From the NCBI RefSeq assembly GCF_006345805.1, contig NW_021828962.1, positions 1 through 7,170 of the forward strand: a DNA stretch of 7,170 bases, read 5' to 3'. The position numbers and the translations under genes were made by a program. How positions within the stretch are numbered: position 1 is the first letter of the stretch; every line of letters starts with the position of its first letter. This DNA is from Octopus sinensis (Eukaryota). Positions 1-7,104 of the stretch are shown here, one piece after another. The notes under the pieces are model-generated. The model was not told where the DNA came from. It ran no database searches and worked only from the letters and a program-made list of their open reading frames with translations.

Positions 1-115
1 ATGGCCGTATGGTTAAGAAGTTGCTTTGTGACCACATAGTTTCAGGTTTAGTGCCAGGCCAATCAATAATTTTTTAGTGAATTTGATTGATGGAAACTAT
101 GAAGAAATCCATCAT
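1..115 (+). mobile_element. Degenerate, internally deleted tRNA-derived SINE 5' fragment (Octopus-type)
   Basis: A-box-like TGGCCGTATGG at 2-12 and B-box-like GGTTTAGTGCC at 45-55. These are followed by a segment ending GATGGAAACTATGAAGAAATCCATCAT, which resembles the GACGGAAACTGAAAGAAGCCCGTC motif I recall from octopus SINEs. Family assignment is from memory. Confidence 0.6.
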
Positions 116-187
116 TTTTCTTTCTAAGGGGTTTTTCAGCCCAATGTTTAGAGACTATAATTTTATAGCTTTACCTCACTGTTCTCA

Positions 188-425
<238 letters not shown>

Positions 426-560
426 CCTGTTTGTGCCTTCCAAATGCTGTTTTTACTGAGATCTCCCTTTTTAGTAGAAGAAATAGCTATAACCCTTTGA
501 CTGCTATTTCTAAATTCGGTATGTGGTAAGGCAACTCGTTGCTAAACCCTTATTGCTTAG

Positions 561-598
561 TATTTATATACATATATATTTATATTATATATATTTAT

Positions 599-648
<50 letters not shown>

Positions 649-649
649 A

Positions 650-692
<43 letters not shown>

Positions 693-702
693 TATATATA
701 TA
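561..702. repeat. (AT)n microsatellite, imperfect
   Basis: Alternating A/T tract; it explains the I/Y-rich ORF 523-789. Confidence 0.97.
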
Positions 703-781
703 AAAGTTGAGTTGTGGGGTATCGCACGAGTGGAATTATATATGAAAGAAGGTTTGAAAATGCAATTTAAAAGATGTTTAT

Positions 782-826
782 TTACTTAACCGGTTTCACT
801 CTTTGGTAAAAGATTGTCAAAAGTAA
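782..826 (-). ncRNA. Minimal type I hammerhead ribozyme-like motif, U3:A8 core variant
   Basis: Minus strand reads TTACTT-TTGACAA-TCTTTT(ACCA)AAGAGT-GAAA-CCGG-TT-AAGTAA. Helix I TTACTT/AAGTAA is a perfect 6 bp. Helix II is U-U, C-G, U-A, U-G, U-A, U-A with a 4-nt loop. Helix III is the palindrome ACCGGT. Predicted cleavage triplet GUU (790-788). Confidence 0.6.
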
Positions 827-1200
827 CATTGAATATTATGGGTTCAAAAAAGTTTTTTACATAATTGTCACATTGAATATTATGAATTGAAAAATGTTTT
901 TTTATACATAATTGTCACATTACATGTATAAATATAGTGTTTGGTAACAGAGATATGTTAAGGGCATAAAACAGTTCAATAGTGTGATGAGAATATTTGG
1001 AAAAATTGGCAGAAAAGAATAAAACAAATATATTATTGGAAATTTGGTTGCGTTAATTATTGGTTGTCGCAAATTGTCACATTGCATGTATATATATATA
1101 CAGTCTTTTGTAGAAAGGACATGTTAAAGACATAAGGAAGTGTAATAGTTTGGTGAGAAAGTTTGTAATATTGACAGAGATAATTAAAATGGATATATTA
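826..1200. repeat. Degenerate tandem duplication units sharing AATTGTCACATT
   Basis: AATTGTCACATT occurs at 863-874, 910-921 and 1072-1083. Units 826-869 and 870-916 both begin ACATTGAATATTATG. Units starting at 917 and 1079 align by eye over about 120 bp at roughly 70% identity. Confidence 0.8.
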
Positions 1201-1413
1201 TACATCTCAGAATATTTTGAAATGAAGGCGAGAATTTGTTTTTACTGACCTGTTTGCTTTAGCAGAAAAGTTGAATTGAGAGAAAAAGATGTGTACCCAG
1301 TTTTGTGTATGGTTCCCCTTCAAGCATCAATGATTTTGGGGTTATCGGGAGGTGAGTATGCGGGTGTGAATAGATGTGTCCGTGTGCCTGCTGGTCAGAC
1401 GGCGTCTGTTTGT

Positions 1414-1438
1414 CACACACATATATACACACACACAC

Positions 1439-1471
<33 letters not shown>

Positions 1472-2210
1472 CACACACATAGCATACAAACACACACCAC
1501 ATACACACAACACACACACAGAACACACACATACACAACGCACCCACATATATAATATACACACACAGCACACAAATATACCATGTATTTATTTATAATA
1601 TACACACATATATAACACACATACACACACAACACACAGACACAACAACACGCATACATACATAATATAAATATCACACAAATACACCTAGCATATATGT
1701 ACATACAATACACATACACAGCATGTATATAATACACATACACAATATATGCATGCAATATACATACGCAATACATACATATAATATATATATATATATA
1801 GACAATGCATATACATATATACATATATACATATAAATTGTGTTTACATACACATACATAGATATACCACATATACACACAATATACATACACACAATGC
1901 ATACACATACACGTAAGCATACATATAATATATATATACACACACACACATAACATACATACACAATGCATACATATATATACATGCAATGTATATACAT
2001 GTATTCATGCATATATAGCACACCTACAATATACATATATACAATGCACACATACACACACATATATACACTTAATTGTGCACATACATATACAATACAC
2101 ATACATACAATATACATATACACAATGCGCATGCAAATGTGCACATGTTTATACACACATATACATGCAAATATATATACACACACACATACACACACAC
2201 ATATATACAT

Positions 2211-2263
<53 letters not shown>

Positions 2264-2572
2264 TATACATACATACATACATGCACATATATATATTTTT
2301 TCACACACATACACACACATATATATATAAAATTCACACACACACTCACACACACAAAATACAAACCTATAGCGTACACACTCAAATATATCTCTACATA
2401 CCGCACACACACACAAACAATGTACTCACATATACACACATACCATGCATATACACACAACACACACATATATATATATATATAAAAAACAAATACACAT
2501 GTAAATACATACACACGTACACAATGCTCACACACACACACACACACATACACACACACATACACACACACG
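1414..2572. repeat. Large compound (CA)n/(TA)n/(CATA)n microsatellite
   Basis: About 1.16 kb of mostly alternating purine-pyrimidine sequence with a pure (AT)n core near 2215-2256; source of the H/T/Y/I and C/V/Y/M ORFs. Confidence 0.97.
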
Positions 2573-2803
2573 CATTATAGTTGGAATGCATGTGATTATG
2601 TGTCACATCTGCACCTACTTGGCTAAACAAAACAAAGAAAAGACATAAAATATGACATTTCTACATGTAAAAAAAGTCTTGACATAATGTCTTTAACAAT
2701 AGGACCGCCTGATCATGAACAAGATCGTGTTCACATAACCTGATATTTTCTCTAAACTCATACACTGCCATTGAAAACAAAAAAGACATAGGATTATGTA
2801 GCC

Positions 2804-2970
2804 TGGGATGGTCATGGTTAAAATATCTTTTATCATAGGTTAGCAGATCGTGGCTAATCTTGGGGTAAACAACAACAGCAAATGGTAAGAAATGCTTTTG
2901 ATGGTTGTTATAGGAGGTGTTTAGCCTCAGATCAGCCTACGATCACAGGCATTTCCGCTCATGACATATC
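2804..2970. repeat. Two degenerate copies of a short dispersed repeat in inverted orientation
   Basis: The reverse complement of 2804-2870 contains CCTATGATAAAAGATATTTTAACCATGACCATCCC; plus strand 2936-2970 contains CCTACGATCACAGGCATTTCCGCTCATGACATATC. Both resemble a repeat I recall from octopus genomes. Confidence 0.35.
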
Positions 2971-3205
2971 TTTGGGTATACCATACATAGGTCTATTTTA
3001 ACCAATGTGTCCTGCCTTTATTTTAAGATAGTAGTGTGATATGTGGCTGCTATTTCTAGTAGGTTAAGCAACCATGTAGGGACTCCTATGTTTGTTTATT
3101 TCCAATAGTTGTCAAACAGGGTAAATCTAAGTATATCTCAAAGCAAACTCTTACAGTGTTGTACCATTGAATTATAAATAATGCTCATCTTGCAGATGGA
3201 TCTGT

Positions 3206-3290
3206 ATGTATAAAGTTCTACAAATTATATTTAAGTGTATCTTTCAAATGTCTTCACTTTGGCACGCTGAGATCGGAAACTACCCTGCAG
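3206..3290 (+). repeat. 85-bp direct repeat, copy 1
   Basis: ATGTATAAAGTTCTAC...GGAAACTACCCTGCAG matches 4155-4239 at 84/85. Confidence 0.95.
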
Positions 3291-3339
3291 TTAATAAACT
3301 ACAGCAGTCAATTTACCGGTTAGAGAACATTTTTTTATT

Positions 3340-4040
3340 TATAATTGAATAAGGGTAGAAATTGAGGATCTTTTCGATTTGACCGGCAGTTTTTTCTTGC
3401 GGTGTCATGAAATTGTCACCCATAATTATGATCCTAGTATTGATCTATTGCATTTCAATCTGTTTTAGGGTTAGGGCTATGGTTAAGGGTGGGGGGAAGA
3501 GTATCTTTTTTCTTCAGAAATGTAAATAAACCCAATCTGTTTCTTAAATGAGGGACATATTCATACGGTACAGATTGTTTTTTTTTACCTCAATAGACGT
3601 CATTGATTGGTTGAATTTGCAGAAATTGAAGAAAAAACAACAACAAATATCTTACAAACTATAGAATTTTCTCAATAAAGCCAAGAGAAAAAGATGTTTT
3701 ATAAACACATTCTACCAGTATACGAAGTTTAAAAGTGTTTAGTTACGTGGAAATTATTTTAAAAAACTGCCGTTCAAACCGAAAAGATCCGAAATTGATA
3801 TTAATCAATTAAAACCAGTGGCTTAGCATATTTTTTTTTAAATCCGAAGATTAAAAATTGTTTTACATACAAAATTTAGAGGACTGACCACTAAACATAG
3901 ACGTCAAATCGCCATTACCACAAAGAATGTTTTCTCAAGAAAAATCTCAGCAAAAAGACAAAAAACAAAATGTAAAAATAAGCAAGACAAATGAAAATAT
4001 ACGAAATAATAAACAATTACCTACGTACCATTGGTTTCAC
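3340..4040. repeat. Left arm of long inverted repeat (interrupted by MITE 3366-3790)
   Basis: 3791-4040 is the reverse complement of 4258-4511 with a few substitutions and indels. 3340-3357 continues the match to 4512-4530. Confidence 0.93.
3366..3790. mobile_element. Complete MITE (425 bp) with 30-bp TIRs and 8-bp TSD; Merlin-like by termini
   Basis: TIRs 3366-3395 (GGATCTTTTCGATTTGACCGGCAGTTTTTT) and 3761-3790 match at 28/30. TSD GAAATTGA at 3358-3365 and 3791-3798. The opposite IR arm has a single copy of the site (TCAATTTC, 4504-4511). 5'-GG ends with an 8-bp TSD fit Merlin; hAT is not excluded. Confidence 0.9.
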
Positions 4041-4094
4041 TTGTTAATATTTACGTGTATGAACACGCAAACATCTGCAAGATCATCAGCATAG
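4021..4094 (-). ncRNA. Type I hammerhead ribozyme-like motif with canonical core and extended helix II
   Basis: Minus strand reads CTATG-CTGATGA-TCTTG CAGA TGTTTGCGTGT(TCAT)ACACGTAAATA TTAA CAAGT-GAAA-CCAATGG-TA-CGTAG. Helix I is 5 bp with one U-G. Helix II is U-U plus 4 bp, an internal loop, then an 11-bp stem with two G-U. Helix III is quasi-palindromic ACCAATGGT. Cleavage triplet GUA (4028-4026). Confidence 0.75.
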
Positions 4095-4154
4095 TCTGTC
4101 GTTTACAAAACATAATTTCCAGAACTAGATACAGAACGCTCAACCGAAACCAGC

Positions 4155-4239
4155 ATGTATAAAGTTCTACAAATTATATTTAAGTGTATCTTTCAAATGT
4201 CTTCACTTTGGCACGCTGAGATCGGAAACTACCATGCAG
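4155..4239 (+). repeat. 85-bp direct repeat, copy 2
   Basis: Matches 3206-3290 at 84/85. Confidence 0.95.
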
Positions 4240-4257
4240 ATGTTTGCATGTGAAACC

Positions 4258-4526
4258 GTGAAACCAATGGTACATAGGTAATCATTTTTTTTATTTCGTA
4301 TATTTTCATTTGTCTTGCTTATTTTTACATTTTGTTTTTTTTTTCTGAGATTTTTCTTGAGAACACATTCTTCGTGGTAATGGCGATTTGATGTCTATGT
4401 TTAGCATACAGTGGCCAGTCCTCTAAATTTTGTATGTAAAACAATTTTTAATCTTCGGATTTAAAAAAAAATATGCTAAGCCACTGGTTTTAATTGATTA
4501 ATATCAATTTCTACGCTTATTTAATT

Positions 4527-4530
<4 letters not shown>
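4258..4530. repeat. Right arm of long inverted repeat (MITE-free 'empty site' copy)
   Basis: Reverse complement of 3340-3365 plus 3799-4040; it starts with the ribozyme 3' half GTGAAACCAATGGTACATAGG on the plus strand. Confidence 0.93.
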
Positions 4531-4564
<34 letters not shown>

Positions 4565-4630
4565 TACATAATATATATATACATACATACATTTGTGTGT
4601 GTGTATGAGTGTATGTGCATGTGTGTGTGT
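4526..4630. repeat. Compound (TA)n-(GA)n-(CATA)-(GT)n microsatellite
   Basis: Directly visible dinucleotide runs. Confidence 0.9.
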
Positions 4631-4822
4631 TTGTCTTCCCACTATCGTTTGGCAAACGATGTTGTATTTACGACCCCATAACTTAGCGGTTCGGCATAAG
4701 AGACCGATAAAATAAGTACTAAGCTCACAAAGAAGAAGTACTAGGGGCGATTTCCTCGACTAAAGGCTGTGCTCCAGCATGTTCGCAGTCAAATGACTGA
4801 AACAAGTAAAAGAATAAACGAA
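4631..4822 (+). mobile_element. SINE 3' half (Octopus-type)
   Basis: Contains TAACTTAGCGGTTCGGCATAAGAGACCGATAAAATAAGTACT...CTCGACTAAAGGCTGTGCTCCAGCATG...GCAGTCAAATGACTGAAACAAGTAAAAGAATAA, the tail I recognise from abundant octopus SINEs; it ends in an A-rich tail. Recognition is from memory. Confidence 0.75.
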
Positions 4823-4905
4823 TATATATATATGTGTGTCTGTGTGTGTGTGTGTGTGTCTGTGTGTGTCTGTGTGTGTGTGTCTGTGTATCTGTGTGTG
4901 TGTGT
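4823..4905. repeat. (AT)n-(GT)n/(GTCT) microsatellite
   Basis: Directly visible. Confidence 0.92.
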
Positions 4906-5423
4906 TATATTGCTCTTATTCAGTTCTGACTAGGTATCGAACTGAGTTTGGTGACTTTTACCTTGTTTAGTAAATGTATTTGTATTTTGTTAATTTGTAC
5001 AAATAATAGTTCTAATTTGCATACTGCTTTGTTTTGCACGTGGAGTTTTGGGTTCTGCTTTAATCAACATGCATTTTTAAGTATATATTGTTCACATGTT
5101 CATTCTATCATTGCCGGACGAGTTAGACGGGCTGAACGAGTTTTCACATGGATAATTCTGTATTAAAACATAACAATATGGCACACCTTCTGTGTCCGAT
5201 TAGTATTTGCTCCCATCCCTAGCCTTACGTGAGACACACGGACTCGAATTTCTAGGTGGATACCCATCCTCAACGTGTATTAATCACCAGCTAGTGATAA
5301 ATTTGTAGCGTACGACTTAAGGGAAAATCTACTCTCTCTCTGTTATATATACATAAATACGGACGTAGTAGATAACAGCTAGCCTTCGGTGATATTTTTG
5401 GACCCTGTTGTGTCCACTACTCT

Positions 5424-5489
5424 GATTGGTTGGTATTGGCGCAATTTGTCTCTTGCTCTATTGCGCGCCAATATGCAACCCAACCAATC
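5424..5489. repeat. Imperfect palindrome/hairpin, possibly the centre of a palindromic MITE remnant
   Basis: GATTGGTTGG (5424-5433) pairs with CCAACCAATC (5480-5489); TATTGGCGC (5434-5442) pairs with GCGCCAATA (5465-5473). Confidence 0.7.
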
Positions 5490-5503
5490 GCAGCCTTCTG
5501 GTC

Positions 5504-5938
5504 CAACTTGAGGAGACTAAAATCACTAACAAAGATTCAGTCCTGATATTTACCTTTTGACCGACAGATTTAAAAAATAATTTTTTGTAACTAAATACTT
5601 TCAAACTTCGTATACTTATAGAATATGTCATAAATAACAGTGACAAACGAAATATACACCGCCGATAGTTGTTGACAAACAACGGCAGTAATTTTATTCA
5701 ACTGAATACATGTCATTGATTGGTTGAAATTACCGAAATACAACAACTTTAACAAGAAATAACTTCCAAAATACAGAATTTTCTCAACAACGCCAAGAGT
5801 AAAAGATGTTTTATGTGACACATTCTACCAGTATACGAAGTTTGAAAGTGTTTAGTTACAAAAAATTTTTTTTTTAATCTGTTGGTCAAAAGGTAAAGAT
5901 CCGGGCTGAGTCTTAGTGATTCTAGCCTCCTCAAGTTG
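5504..5938. repeat. Second long inverted repeat (arms about 5504-5630 and 5817-5938)
   Basis: The arms align by eye at roughly 85-90% identity with one 4-nt gap. Each arm consists of about 40 bp of LINE sequence plus about 85-90 bp of MITE end. Confidence 0.9.
5544..5902. mobile_element. Rearranged MITE related to the 3366-3790 element
   Basis: 5712-5859 aligns with 3599-3746 (GTCATTGATTGGTTGAA...CATTCTACCAGTATACGAAGTTT...GTGTTTAGTTAC). Both elements end in AAAGATCC. The left end TGATATTTACC is a decayed inverted copy of the right end. No direct TSD. Confidence 0.8.
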
Positions 5939-6270
5939 AAGAGATTGCCATCATGGCAATATCGAACTGGGATTGCCATCTTCGGGGTTGAGGTCGTAGC
6001 GAGATAGTTAGGTCACAGCAACAAGAAACACATTGAAGAGGACAGGGACCAGGACGCAGTCTTGTTTAACTCCAACTTGAAAGTTGAAGTAGTAAGACTG
6101 ATCACCACCCAATGTCACACGTACTTGCTTGCCGGTATGGAACTGGCGTAGCATGGCAAGAAGCTTAGGAGGGCATCCATACCTCCGCAGGATATTCCAT
6201 AGTAGTGGGCGGCTAATAGTATCAAAAGCCTTAGGTCAATAAAGGCAAACGAAGCATCACGCTGTTGTCC
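5903..6270 (-). mobile_element. RTE-clade LINE reverse transcriptase fragment (fossil, disrupted)
   Basis: Minus-strand translation: FAFIDL/(frameshift)/AFDTISRPLLWNILRRYGCPPKLLAMLRQFHTGKQVRVTLGGDQSYYFNFQVGVKQDCVLVPVLFNVFLVAVT*LSRYDLNPEDG/(frameshift)/IPVRYCHDGNLFNLRRL. It contains the non-LTR RT motifs FIDLxKAFD and GVKQGCVLxP and the RTE-typical DGxLFNLRRL; two frameshifts and one stop. Confidence 0.9.
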
Positions 6271-6335
6271 GGAAAGTTCGTGCCGAATTTTAAAGGAAAG
6301 AAAAAGTCAATAAATACTTGCCATTACATTTTTAA
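6264..6335. mobile_element. Possible Tc1/mariner terminal fragment
   Basis: GTTGTCCGGAAAGTTCGTGCCGAATTTT resembles a mariner-type TIR I recall from octopus. No partner TIR or TA TSD is visible in the window. Confidence 0.35.
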
Positions 6336-6356
6336 GTTGAAGTCGAGGGTCACAAT

Positions 6357-6516
6357 ATGTATGTATGTATGTATGTATGTATTATGTATGTATGTATGTG
6401 GGTATATGTATGTATGTATGTATTATGGATGCATGTATGTGTGTGCATGTATGTATGTTTGTGTGTATGTATTATGTATGTATGTATGTGTGTATGTATT
6501 TATGTATGTATGTATG
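6357..6516. repeat. (TATG)n microsatellite, imperfect
   Basis: Tetranucleotide tandem repeat; source of the MYVC ORFs. Confidence 0.96.
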
Positions 6517-6547
6517 TAAATCTTGGAAAAGGATGCGTGGCGTTCGA

Positions 6548-7093
6548 TCATATATATTATATAAAATCCGTTCTGTGTGTGTGTCTTTTAGGATCTCGGG
6601 CATCCTCCATCCGATTGCGCTCAAATTTGATATATAGATACCGACGGTATCAGAGCGTGTATAAGTCTTTAAAAAATTACAAAAATCGATTCCAGGTGAG
6701 AATGCGATCGGTAAAGCCGTGGGAACGTGCATTTGTACGCGCAAGTACATCAGCTGTTGCGATCGATACTACGCGTACGCGAGAAAAATACAGTGCAGTT
6801 TGCGCAAAAAAGCCGGCTGCCTTGAAATAATGCCACAAAATGCAGTATATTTAACGGACCAAAAGAGTAAGATGCAAAAGAGATATTTTCTTCAAACTTG
6901 GCATGAAGGAAGGAAAGACTATTTGCTTTCTCAAGAAGTTTTTTTTTTGCGTTAACTTCGTTTAACAAAACCCCCAAAATTATTGAAATAAAGGCATGCT
7001 TAATTATTTTTAAATGAAAAGAAAACACTGATTGCTTTTTATTCAGCAGATATGACTCAGCACCGTCCATTGGACGGGGGTGCGTTTTGCTCG
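6548..7093 (+). mobile_element. Non-autonomous Helitron-like element (546 bp)
   Basis: 5' A|TC start (6547|6548) followed by ATATATATTATATAAAA and a short GT run. 3' GC-rich hairpin GCA-CCGTCC-ATT-GGACGG-ggg-TGC (7060-7083), then 6 nt, then CTCG|T (7090-7094). Insertion lies between A and T with no TSD or TIR. Confidence 0.7.
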
Positions 7094-7104
7094 TAATAAT
7101 ATAT

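Larger units (their letters stand above)
782..1413 (-). mobile_element. Possible 3' remnant of a Penelope-like retroelement (decayed ORF end, UTR, hammerhead)
   Basis: Broken minus-strand frames give TNRRRLTSRH, IYSHPHTH, PDNPKIIDA and a final RLHFKIF-stop (stop at 1209-1207), loosely like a GIY-YIG C-terminus. An AT-rich tract and the hammerhead motif follow. Protein similarity is weak. Confidence 0.3.

Noticed and set aside
88-114. Apparent compensatory changes in the hairpin TGATGGA/TCCATCA
   Set aside because: Explained by CpG deamination on both strands of GACGG/CCGTC, not by selection.
479-511. 9-bp inverted repeat AGAAATAGC/GCTATTTCT
   Set aside because: Short and AT-rich; no associated element boundaries could be defined.
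523-2630. Long ORFs rich in I/Y/H/T/C/V/M
   Set aside because: They are translations of AT/CA microsatellites that lack stop codons; no protein-like content.
2880-2895. GTAAGA splice-donor-like site
   Set aside because: No supporting acceptor or coding exon upstream.
3511-3517. CTGAAGA on the minus strand (hammerhead core half)
   Set aside because: No helix II, GAAA or helix I in the required arrangement.
5180-5330. Possible degenerate SINE/LINE UTR fragment on the minus strand (GGGTATCCACCTAGAAA)
   Set aside because: Similarity to a recalled motif is too short to support a call.
4948-5821. Short ORFs 4948-5166, 5458-5682 and 5591-5821
   Set aside because: No recognisable motifs; they overlap AT-rich or MITE sequence and have lengths expected by chance.
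7053-7059. Perfect AP-1 site TGACTCA
   Set aside because: A single 7-mer inside a transposon is expected by chance.
6265-7070. ORFs of 78-157 aa near the window end
   Set aside because: They start in the (TATG)n repeat or read through non-coding Helitron sequence; no recognisable domain.
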